DNA from: Acidimicrobiia bacterium
GTDB taxonomy: Bacteria > Actinomycetota > Acidimicrobiia > Spongiisociales > UBA5794
Length of the DNA stretch: 64,000 nucleotides
Assembly (NCBI GenBank): GCA_036985855.1
Contig: BTQL01000003.1
Location: 18,967 to 82,966 of the forward strand
Direction: 5' to 3'
Shown: positions 9,861 through 18,275 of the stretch, in pieces
How the letters are laid out: each line of letters opens with the position of its first letter
How positions within the stretch are numbered: the first letter of the stretch is position 1
Program-made: the position numbers and the translations under genes
The notes under the pieces: model-generated
The model's input: only the letters and a program-made list of their open reading frames with translations
The model's database searches: none
Told to the model about the DNA's origin: nothing

Positions 9861-11204
9861 TTAGTGGTCTGTCTCCGCGAGTACGCGTAACGCGACTGCC
9901 TGGGCGATGCTCGCAGACGCGACATCTGCCAGTTCAACACTCTCGTTCGGTCCGTGATACCTACTCATCGGATCGGCAACACCGATGAGAAGCACCGCTG
10001 CATCCGGGTAGACACGCGAGAACGCAGCTACGAACGGTATGGACCCACCCATTCCTGTCTCAACCGGCGTAGCGTCGTAGCCTGCGCGCATGCCTTCGCG
10101 GTATGCGTCGTACATGTCACCGACGGTGTCGAGATCGACAGCGGAACCCAGCGCACCCGGTTCGATGATGATCTCCGCGCCCCATGGCACTGCGGCCTCG
10201 AGGTGGGAGATGAGCGCATCACGGGCTGTTTCAGGATCCTGGCCTGGTGCGATACGCATCGAGACCTTTGCGCTCGCCTCTGGGACGATCTGGTTGATGG
10301 CTTGTCCGATCGGCACCGAATCCATAGCGAGCACCGAGATGGATGGCTGTGTCCAAAGGCGCGACGTGAGTGAGCCGTGCCCGACAAGCTCGAGGCCGTC
10401 GACCGGAAGAGTCTGATCGGCCAGCTCCTCTGGCGTGAGCTCGAGTGCATCTGCGTCATGTTCGACGAGGCCCTTCACGGCTACGGAGCCGTCGTTTCGG
10501 TGCAGAGAGCTGAGGACACGAGCGAGGACGATGTTGGCGTCCGGGTAGGCGCCTCCGAACGAACCAGAGTGAACGGCGTACGTGAGCGTGCGAACGGTCA
10601 CTGTGCAGTCAACGAGTCCGCGCAATGAAGTTGTGAGTGTCGGTGTTCCCACTCGCCAGTTTCCTGCGTCCCCAATGATGATCGCATCGGAGGCGATCAG
10701 ATCGGTGTACTCATCGAGAAATTCGACCAGGTGTGCAGAACCGATCTCTTCCTCTCCTTCGATGAACACCTTGATAGTCACGGGAATATCGGTGCCCAGT
10801 GCCCGAATAGATGCGAGATGCATCGCTATTCCTGCCTTGTCGTCCGCAGCGCCGCGTCCAAAGAGTCGACCTTCGCGTACAAAGGGGTCGAACGGTGAAT
10901 CATCCCATTCATCTACCGGGCCGGGGGGCTGCACGTCGTGATGGGCGTAGAGGAGTACGGTTGGCGCGTTCTCTGGGCCGCGTATATGGCCGTAAACGGC
11001 CGGGTGAGCACCCTCTATCTCGAGAAGGCGCACATCCTGGAGGCCCGCAGCTTCCAGGAGCGATGCGACGAAGTCGGCAGATCTCCGAACTTCGCCGGCC
11101 GGGTATCCAGGCGCACTCACTGAAGGGATTCTCACCATCGCCTCGAGCTCGTCGCGGATACGCGACAGGTCGGAGTGAACTGCCTGTCTCAGGTCGTCAT
11201 ACAT
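9861..11204 (-). CDS. M20 family dipeptidase
   Basis: YAHHDVQP, GRGAADDKAG, GEEE, HSG.FGG, GGSIP, HGPNES; ATG 11204 lies 6 nt after TACGAT. Confidence 0.93.
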   Translation of the reverse strand: MYDDLRQAVHSDLSRIRDELEAMVRIPSVSAPGYPAGEVRRSADFVASLLEAAGLQDVRLLEIEGAHPAVYGHIRGPENAPTVLLYAHHDVQPPGPVDEWDDSPFDPFVREGRLFGRGAADDKAGIAMHLASIRALGTDIPVTIKVFIEGEEEIGSAHLVEFLDEYTDLIASDAIIIGDAGNWRVGTPTLTTSLRGLVDCTVTVRTLTYAVHSGSFGGAYPDANIVLARVLSSLHRNDGSVAVKGLVEHDADALELTPEELADQTLPVDGLELVGHGSLTSRLWTQPSISVLAMDSVPIGQAINQIVPEASAKVSMRIAPGQDPETARDALISHLEAAVPWGAEIIIEPGALGSAVDLDTVGDMYDAYREGMRAGYDATPVETGMGGSIPFVAAFSRVYPDAAVLLIGVADPMSRYHGPNESVELADVASASIAQAVALRVLAETDH

Positions 11205-11239
11205 CAACCCATCGTATCCATGAGACGTGTATGTTGCTA

Positions 11240-12223
11240 TCAGGCGAACCGTATCGAGCTCGTAGGACGTTCCGGTCGAAGATCGACGGCCGCCGCGAAG
11301 GAGAGCTCGAAGGGCTGTGTTGGCTTGAGACGATGGCTCGTGATGCCGAGGTCGGTGGGTGCGGCGGGAAGGTCGAGCACAATGTGTGAAATCCCGAATG
11401 CTTGGGCATAACCAATGGCGCCGTCCATCGAAGCGGCGATCTCATAGGCAGTGCGAAGGGCACGGTAACCGTCGCTGGCCAGGTCCTCGGCGACCGTGTT
11501 TCCGGTGAGTGCTGCGATCGCTTCGGTCGAGAGGAGGTCGTCTCTGCCTGATATCGACACCGTGGCCCGTCCTGATCGTTCTGTGGTTTGCAGGGTGATG
11601 TACCCGCATCCTGAATCCGTGGCCGCGTGGAGCACGGTCCGAAGGATTTGCCGCACTTTTGCGCTGTCACCCCACGCGCGACTTTTGGTGAGGTCTGATT
11701 CGAAGATCGCTTCGGTTCTCATGGTTGAAGCAACGGATGCGATCTCCTCATCGAGTATGACCACACCCCCGATCGCCGTGTCGTCGATGGTGTTCGGATT
11801 CATGTCTGCTAGGTCAGACAGAGCCATCTCCACTTCTCGGGCATCTGTTCGGATTGCCAGCAGCATTTCTCGCTGTTCGTCGAATGCGAGGCCCGGAGAG
11901 TCAACCATGTGGTCGGCGAAACCGACGATCGATGTGAGAGGATCTCTCAGTGTGTATGCCATCCGTGTCCGCAACGAGGCGTCTGCCGTGCGCATGGACG
12001 CGATCTCGTCGACCATGCGGTCGCGTTCCTCGGTGAGAGTTTCGTTGCGTCGAACCGCAGACGCGGTGTAGATGCCAAGGGCAACGAAAGCGACTGCACT
12101 ACCGACCATCACGAGGCGTGGAGTGGTTGACATCGTTGTAGCGATTCCTCCCAGAACGAAAAGGACGCCACCAGTTACCGCTGTCACGATCCAAGCGGTC
12201 GGAGCTGTTCGGTCGATGTGCAT
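11240..12223 (-). CDS. Membrane-bound histidine-kinase-like protein with degenerate H, N and G boxes (pseudokinase)
   Basis: Two TMs, coiled coil, HisKA-like AYTLRDPLTSIVGFA, HATPase-like DSAKVRQILRTVLHAA; SD GAGGT before ATG 12223. Confidence 0.8.
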   Translation of the reverse strand: MHIDRTAPTAWIVTAVTGGVLFVLGGIATTMSTTPRLVMVGSAVAFVALGIYTASAVRRNETLTEERDRMVDEIASMRTADASLRTRMAYTLRDPLTSIVGFADHMVDSPGLAFDEQREMLLAIRTDAREVEMALSDLADMNPNTIDDTAIGGVVILDEEIASVASTMRTEAIFESDLTKSRAWGDSAKVRQILRTVLHAATDSGCGYITLQTTERSGRATVSISGRDDLLSTEAIAALTGNTVAEDLASDGYRALRTAYEIAASMDGAIGYAQAFGISHIVLDLPAAPTDLGITSHRLKPTQPFELSFAAAVDLRPERPTSSIRFA

Positions 12224-12401
12224 GTGGTACCTCACGGCATACATCGACAGCAGGGAGATATCGGTGGAGGATGTTTGTACCTTGCTCGGACGCACTAGTC
12301 CTCCCAGTCGTCGGCTGTCGCGTGTCAGCAGGAACCGAAGCGATGCGGCTTCGTGGATTCTCGCTCCGCTCTGGAGGTGACGGTACCTGTAGCCTGACGA
12401 C

Positions 12402-12830
12402 ATGGAAACGCCGATCATGGTGCCGATCGAGGTGCCGCTCGTGGGTGATGAGCGCCGGAAGAACTGGGCGAAAGTCATCACCAATGTTGACGAAACACTG
12501 ACGTCCGGATGGGCATTTGAGGGGGACTTTGTCGCTACCGGTGGCATACAGGACGTGCCCATTGGATCGGTGCTGATGGTCTACGGCGAGCGCGGATCCC
12601 GCAGCAATCCTCAGATCGAGGCTCGGCTGTTCAAGGTCAACAATGACGGGACGGTGAGTCACATCTCGAGTGCGAAGGGCCGCGCCTGGGCGCGAACGCT
12701 GCGCGACGAGGTAGTACTGCTCCTGACGGACAAGGACGAGGCTCCTGCCACAGGGCAACCTTGGGATACCGGGCTGCTCCAGTATTCGATCGAGGCGCTT
12801 GCCGAGGAGCTACGCCGAAGAGGTCGATGA
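12402..12830 (+). CDS. Hypothetical protein (142 aa)
   Basis: Protein-like composition; TAGCCT -10 lies 6 nt before the ATG; ends in helical LLQYSIEALAEELRRRG. Confidence 0.75.
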   Translation: METPIMVPIEVPLVGDERRKNWAKVITNVDETLTSGWAFEGDFVATGGIQDVPIGSVLMVYGERGSRSNPQIEARLFKVNNDGTVSHISSAKGRAWARTLRDEVVLLLTDKDEAPATGQPWDTGLLQYSIEALAEELRRRGR

Positions 12831-13808
12831 CCTCCTGGCGAGAGTCAGGGCGAACCTGTTCTCGCTGTCTGTCCACCAGTTCGTTGTGCTGAGACCCGCC
12901 GCATCGAGTTCGGACTGGATCTGGTGTCGTGTGAACTTGCATGACCATTCTGTGTGGATCGACTCGTCGGACTTGAGGTGAACATCGAAATCGATCGCTG
13001 CCAGATGTGCGTGCACCTCCCGATTCGCCTTCAGGCTCTGTTTCATACAGCCGTGTTCGGTGTCAAGCCTCGTCTCGTGATCGAACGCATCCAGATCGAA
13101 GTTGCCATCGAGCTCGCGGTTCAGGACCGCCAGAATATTCTTGTTGAAGGTTGCAGATAGGCCGGCCTTGTCGTCGTAGGCGGCGTAGAGCGTGGTCGCG
13201 TCCTTGATGAGATCGACCCCGAGCAGGAAGCCATCGTCACCGTCGATCATCGAGGCGATCGCTCTGAAAAAGCCCGGTCGCTCGTGAGGGGGCAGGTTAC
13301 CAACCGTTGATCCGAGGAATGCAACGAGCCTCCGGCCGTGTCTCGGCACCGCATCGAGATCTGAAGCAAAGTCTCCCTGGTAACCACGAACGTGCAGCCA
13401 TGGATAGGTCTCGGTGAGATTGTTCCCGGCATGTCGGAGAGCTGCTTCCGACACGTCGATCGGCACATACACGTCGCCGGCTTCTCGCTCGTGGATCGCT
13501 GTCAACAGCAAGCGCGTCTTGCGCGCATACCCTGCACCGATCTCCACGAGCTCATCGGGGTGAATAGCGGCAATTATCTCGTCTGCGTAGGTCTCCAGGA
13601 TCTCGGTCTCAGCCCTTGTCAGGTAGTACTCGGGCAGCAGGGTGATCTCCTCGAACAACGCAGACCCGCGGTCATCGTAGAAGTAGATCGATGGCAGGCT
13701 TTTGTGTTCTGAAGCGAGTCCGTTTCGAACATCCTTGATCATCTGTTCGCGAAAGTCGTGCGGATGACCGATTCGGGTCAGTGTGAATCGTGGCTCGTTC
13801 TGGGTCAT
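12810..13808 (-). CDS. egtD: L-histidine N-alpha-methyltransferase
   Basis: KSLPS.YFYDDRGS.LFEEIT.LPEYYLTR.E, FLGST.GN, LLGVDL, AYDD.G, IHTE.S.KF; ATGA overlap with egtB. Confidence 0.95.
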   Translation of the reverse strand: MTQNEPRFTLTRIGHPHDFREQMIKDVRNGLASEHKSLPSIYFYDDRGSALFEEITLLPEYYLTRAETEILETYADEIIAAIHPDELVEIGAGYARKTRLLLTAIHEREAGDVYVPIDVSEAALRHAGNNLTETYPWLHVRGYQGDFASDLDAVPRHGRRLVAFLGSTVGNLPPHERPGFFRAIASMIDGDDGFLLGVDLIKDATTLYAAYDDKAGLSATFNKNILAVLNRELDGNFDLDAFDHETRLDTEHGCMKQSLKANREVHAHLAAIDFDVHLKSDESIHTEWSCKFTRHQIQSELDAAGLSTTNWWTDSENRFALTLARRSSTSSA

Positions 13809-15130
13809 GTGACATCCCATGCGAGCCTGATACCGGCCAAGATTTGTCGACGTTGTCGATAGTCCCAATTGCGAAAGGTGTTTCGAGCCACTGCAGGTGC
13901 TGTAGCCCACGATGCACCTCTGAGAACTCGAAAGTTCTCATCGGAGAAGAAGACCTCGGAATACTCGGCGTATGGGAAGGTCGAGTATCCCGGATAGGGG
14001 AGGAAGCGTGATGATGTCCATTCATATACATCGCCAAGGAGTTGTTCAACGCCGTAGGCAGATGCGCCAAGGGGATACGACCCGATCGGAGCGGGGCCCC
14101 ATCCGAGCTGCCCGAGGTTTGCGTGCTCTGTCGTCGGAGCGTCGTTGCCCCATGGATACTTCCGTACGTTCCCCGTGTCGCTGTCGAAACTCGCGGCTTT
14201 CTCCCACTCAGCTTCGGTCGGAAGACGTCCTCCTTCGAAGTTGGCGAGGGCCTCTGCCTCCCAGAAGCTGACATGAATCACCGGTTCAGCGGGGTCGAGC
14301 GTTCGTAAAGTACCAAACATGAGCTGGGTCCACCCGCCTTCTCCATCGGCGTGCCACCCCTGAGGGGCTTCGTGATCGACTTCCTCTCTCCAGGACCATC
14401 CCGCTGAACTCCACAGCTCAGAGCGTTGGTAGCCGCCCTCCTTGATGAACGTGGCGTATCTGTGGTTGGTCACGGGGAACCTGTCGATTTCGAACGTATC
14501 GACGTGCACGTCGTGGGATGGTCGTTCGTTGTCATAGGCCGATATGCGGTCGTCCGTTCCCATGGCGAAGGACCCACCCTCGATTCGTACTCGTTCGGTT
14601 TCTTCGACCGCTCGCTGACGAGGTATCCGTCGTGTTGTCATGAGCTCGTATGGGGTGAGATCTGATCGCAGGTTCAGCGCCTGCAAGATCGTTTCCTGAT
14701 GTTGCGCTTCGTGTTGGATGGTCATCGCAAAGACGAATCCATCCTTCGCGAGTTCGGGGCCATCAACTGTGTCGGTCGTCCCGAGCACCGTGTCGACGTC
14801 GTGCCGCACCTCGTTGAGGTATTCGGTTGCCTCTTGGCGATCGAGCAGGGGGAGGTCGCCCCGCACCCAGCGTGGGTTGTCGAAGGGGTTGTACATGGCG
14901 TCGCGCGCAGCGTCATGTGCCTCCCGGCCGCCGAGCTCGCGTAACAGCCAGAACTCCTCGAAGTTCGCAATGTGTCCCATGTCCCACACGAGCGGACTCA
15001 TGAGCGGATCGAACTGTTCAACCAGATCTTCGTCCGAGACAGTATTCGTCATGACAAAGGTGCGATCACGCACGGTGTGGAGACTGGAGCGGAGTTTGCG
15101 CTTGATATCAGCCTGAGGTGAATCTGACAT
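13805..15130 (-). CDS. egtB: Ergothioneine sulfoxide synthase (type I, mycobacterial-like)
   Basis: PLMSPLVWD..HI, QHEAQHQETILQ iron-binding His motif, FGE-like domain, RNWD..RRQI. Confidence 0.93.
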   Translation of the reverse strand: MSDSPQADIKRKLRSSLHTVRDRTFVMTNTVSDEDLVEQFDPLMSPLVWDMGHIANFEEFWLLRELGGREAHDAARDAMYNPFDNPRWVRGDLPLLDRQEATEYLNEVRHDVDTVLGTTDTVDGPELAKDGFVFAMTIQHEAQHQETILQALNLRSDLTPYELMTTRRIPRQRAVEETERVRIEGGSFAMGTDDRISAYDNERPSHDVHVDTFEIDRFPVTNHRYATFIKEGGYQRSELWSSAGWSWREEVDHEAPQGWHADGEGGWTQLMFGTLRTLDPAEPVIHVSFWEAEALANFEGGRLPTEAEWEKAASFDSDTGNVRKYPWGNDAPTTEHANLGQLGWGPAPIGSYPLGASAYGVEQLLGDVYEWTSSRFLPYPGYSTFPYAEYSEVFFSDENFRVLRGASWATAPAVARNTFRNWDYRQRRQILAGIRLAWDVT

Positions 15131-15188
15131 GGGCAAATCCTAGGAGGGTGTTGGTTGATGCCGGTTCTCAGATCGGTGATCAGGTCGA

Positions 15189-15204
15189 CGTTAATTGATC
15201 AACG
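15189..15204. promoter_or_regulatory. AT-rich imperfect dyad upstream of egtB
   Basis: CGTTAATTGATCAACG, 12/16 positions symmetric, about 60 nt upstream of egtB. Confidence 0.3.
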
Positions 15205-15250
15205 CTCTCCTGTGAGAGTGTCAGTGGGCTTTTCCCGTGTTGTCGCGAGA

Positions 15251-16039
15251 TCAACGCGGTGGTTGATGATCAACTTGTGCCGCCTGAATGATCCCGAATG
15301 TCGCTCCCGATGGGTCGCTCACGACCGCAGAGACGCCGATGCTGCTCCGTTCCGGTGCGCGCTGCACCGAACCTCCAAGCGCGACGATTTTCTCCGTCGA
15401 ATTGGCGCAGTCCTCCACGGTGAACCAGGTCAACCAGTGAGCAGGAATCTCATCTGGCAGGGAACCGGACATTTCGTAGGCGCCGCCGTTCATGCGGTCG
15501 CCAACCTTGAGGATCGTGTATGGGAACCCATCGAACTCCCTCTTCTCCGCCGTCCAACCGAGAAGCTCTGTATAGAACGACACGGCTCCCTCGACGTCGC
15601 GGGATGCGATCTCGTTCCATGACATCGTGCCGGGCTCGTTGAAGAGCTCGGCACCATCGTGCTTTCCGGACTGCCAGAATCCGATTGCTGCACCGACCGG
15701 ATCGATGATGAAGAACATTCGCCCTGCATCCATCACGTCCATGGGTTCCATGATCGGTGTTGCGCCGAGTTCAACTGCTCTGGAAAACACCGCGTCGGCA
15801 TCATCGACGATCACGTACGAAGACCAGACAGGTGGCTGTCCTGCATCGATTTGCTCAGCGCTCAAGTGCCCCATTCCCGCGACGACTTTGCCATCCTTGG
15901 TGAACATCGAGTAGGGGAACTCATCGGATTCTCCTGCTTGTGCCTCCCAGCCGAATAGGTCCGAATAGAACTCCGCCCCTGCAACGGTATCCGGTACCGC
16001 GACGTCGGCCCAGCCGATTGTTCCGTGTGCAAGCCCCAT
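15251..16039 (-). CDS. VOC/glyoxalase family protein (two-domain, Rv0577-like)
   Basis: FYSDLFGW, W.SY..VDD, GRM....DP.GA, WNE, FY.ELLGW; SD AAGGAG before ATG 16039. Confidence 0.9.
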   Translation of the reverse strand: MGLAHGTIGWADVAVPDTVAGAEFYSDLFGWEAQAGESDEFPYSMFTKDGKVVAGMGHLSAEQIDAGQPPVWSSYVIVDDADAVFSRAVELGATPIMEPMDVMDAGRMFFIIDPVGAAIGFWQSGKHDGAELFNEPGTMSWNEIASRDVEGAVSFYTELLGWTAEKREFDGFPYTILKVGDRMNGGAYEMSGSLPDEIPAHWLTWFTVEDCANSTEKIVALGGSVQRAPERSSIGVSAVVSDPSGATFGIIQAAQVDHQPPR

Positions 16040-16110
16040 CTGCTCTCCTTCCCCTGCTGGTCTCAGCCAGTCGTTGGCGAAAACATTACCGCGTGGGTGT
16101 GACACGAAAA

Positions 16111-16152
16111 TCGGATGCCGGATGTCCGATGTCGGACACGTGATGAGCGATC
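16111..16152 (+). repeat. Degenerate 7-bp tandem repeat
   Basis: TCGGATG CCGGATG TCCGATG TCGGACA CGTGATG AGCGATC. Confidence 0.7.
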
Positions 16153-16309
16153 AGTGGTGTTCGTTCTTTGGGGTGACGATCCATGTCGTGATCGCGGCGA
16201 TGAGCATTACGACTCCGAGAATGACCAATGCAAAGGTCATGAACTCGTCACCAGCGGGCTCTGCAGATACCTGTTCGGCCGTTTCGGCGGCGAGGATGAT
16301 TGGGTTCAT
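16151..16309 (-). CDS. Small single-pass membrane protein (52 aa), absent from the ORF track
   Basis: MNPIILAAETAEQVSAEPAGDEFMTFALVILGVVMLIAAITTWIVTPKNEHH*; TAAACT -10 lies 6 nt upstream of the ATG. Confidence 0.75.
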   Translation of the reverse strand: MNPIILAAETAEQVSAEPAGDEFMTFALVILGVVMLIAAITTWIVTPKNEHH

Positions 16310-16451
16310 GCAACCAGTTTACCGGCATCTGATGGCAGGCGTCAGCTGCGAGGTCCGGGACCTCCGCTGATTGCTTGGGCGTGAGGCATGGGAGTGAGCA
16401 GTGCTCGCGCCCTCGTTGAGCAGCTAGCTGCATCGGCCCTACCCTCCCATG

Positions 16452-18275
16452 ATGTCCGAGACAACGTCTATCGCCGCTGCCGGCCCCCCGCCGCTCAAAG
16501 ACGTGCTCGGCGGAGGGCTGAAACTCACATGGAGTTTCGTGAAGCGACGGCCGTGGTCTTTCACTGTCGCCGTTTTCGGAGCACTCCTATTCGTATCGGC
16601 GATCGTCGCGTCTGCGGTCGTCGCAGGCAGGATCACCGATTCGCTGATCATCCCCGTTCTCGAGGAAGGCAAATCCACGACAGAGCGGCTGTGGCCGGCG
16701 ATCGCGATGGTCGTTGCCGTCGCAGTCTGGAAGTCGGTGGGTATAGCGCTTCGAAGATCTGCGGCAGGTTGGCTCCAGTTCGGATCGAGAGCGGATGCTC
16801 GAAAACGCCTCATTGAACATCAGATGCACCTTGATCTCAGGTGGCACGATCGCCGGTCTACGGGTGACCTGCTTTCGGTGAGCGACGCCGATACGAACCA
16901 GGGAACATTCGTGCTTGCGCCTTTCCCGTATGCGACGGGCTCGTTCTTCCTCCTGATCGGAACCGTCGTGTTGGTGGCTTCCAGCGATCTGTTGCTCGGC
17001 GGTGTCGTACTCGCCGGTCTTGTTGCAATGCTCGCCGTCGACATCAACGGTGCATTTCGCACATACCAACCGTTCGTCAACGTGCACGTGAAGCGTGGGC
17101 ATGTATCTCGCATCGCTCATGAGTCGATCGATGGTGCACTCACGATCAAAGCTCTCGGTCGTAGAGCCGAGGAGACCGAGAGATTCAGCGACGCTTCGAA
17201 TGATCTCAGAGACGAACTCATTCACGTCAACTCGATGTGGGTCGGTTACCGATCAGTCGTTGAGTCGCTACCCACGATCATCATGGTTTCCGTACTGGTG
17301 ATCGGTGCTTTTCGACTGGTGGAGGGCGCTCTGTCGGCAGGCGACCTCGTCGCTGTTGCTTACCTGCTCTCGCTCCTGACAATGCCCGTTTCGCTGCTTG
17401 GATTCGTCATCTGGGAGATGGCGCACTCGATGGCCGCCTGGCAACGCGTGCAAGTGATCCTCGATTCACGCGATGTTGTCGACCATGGCGGAGAGTCCGC
17501 GAGTCCTGAGCCGACGGGCGGAGCGGTCGACAGTTCCGATGTTGCGTTCGGATATACAGCCGATGTTCTCGTGCTCGAAGGAGTCGATCTGAATATCGCA
17601 GCAGGAACAACCGTTGCTGTGGTCGGGCCAACCGGTTCGGGCAAATCGACTCTCGCCCTGTTGCTCGCCAGACTCTGGGATCCAACGACCGGACGAATCT
17701 CTGTCGACGGTCGTGACGTCAGAGACTTCGCACGATCCGAACTTGCAGGTGAGGTTGCCTATGTCGCCCAGGAATCGTTCCTCTTTGACGACACCGTTGA
17801 GGGGAATATCACCCTCGGCGCCGAAATCTCGAGAGAGGACGTGCGCGACGCTGCCGCTCTTGCAGGTGCGGCACGGTTCATCGATGAACTCGAAGATGGG
17901 TTCGACACACCAATAGGCGAGCGCGGAGCGACCCTCTCTGGGGGCCAGCGGCAACGTCTGGCTCTTGCGCGGGCACTCGTCCGCAAACCGAGGGTGCTCA
18001 TTCTCGACGATGCAACATCCGCCGTGGACCCGTCCGTGGAGATTCAGATCCTCAAGGGTCTTCGGCGGTCAGAGTTGCCATCCACCGTTGTGATCGTCGG
18101 GTATCGGAAGGCATCTATCGAACTTGCCGACGAGGTTGTGTTCATCGACGGTGGATGTGTCGTTGCTCGGGGCACGCACGAGACCCTCATCGCATCGACA
18201 CCCGGATATAGCCGGCTGTTGACAGCTTACGAAGAGGACTCCGCGGCCAGAGCAGAAATCCGGGGTAGATCGTGA
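16452..18275 (+). CDS. ABC exporter permease/ATPase, heterodimer subunit with degenerate catalytic site
   Basis: 6 TMs, GPTGSGKS, LSGGQRQ, Walker B LILDD (E to D), switch VGYR (H to Y). Confidence 0.93.
   Translation: MSETTSIAAAGPPPLKDVLGGGLKLTWSFVKRRPWSFTVAVFGALLFVSAIVASAVVAGRITDSLIIPVLEEGKSTTERLWPAIAMVVAVAVWKSVGIALRRSAAGWLQFGSRADARKRLIEHQMHLDLRWHDRRSTGDLLSVSDADTNQGTFVLAPFPYATGSFFLLIGTVVLVASSDLLLGGVVLAGLVAMLAVDINGAFRTYQPFVNVHVKRGHVSRIAHESIDGALTIKALGRRAEETERFSDASNDLRDELIHVNSMWVGYRSVVESLPTIIMVSVLVIGAFRLVEGALSAGDLVAVAYLLSLLTMPVSLLGFVIWEMAHSMAAWQRVQVILDSRDVVDHGGESASPEPTGGAVDSSDVAFGYTADVLVLEGVDLNIAAGTTVAVVGPTGSGKSTLALLLARLWDPTTGRISVDGRDVRDFARSELAGEVAYVAQESFLFDDTVEGNITLGAEISREDVRDAAALAGAARFIDELEDGFDTPIGERGATLSGGQRQRLALARALVRKPRVLILDDATSAVDPSVEIQILKGLRRSELPSTVVIVGYRKASIELADEVVFIDGGCVVARGTHETLIASTPGYSRLLTAYEEDSAARAEIRGRS

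Noticed and set aside
13805-15130. Selenoneine synthase SenA assignment
   Set aside because: No senB, senC or selD neighbours are present, and the sequence follows mycobacterial EgtB motifs.
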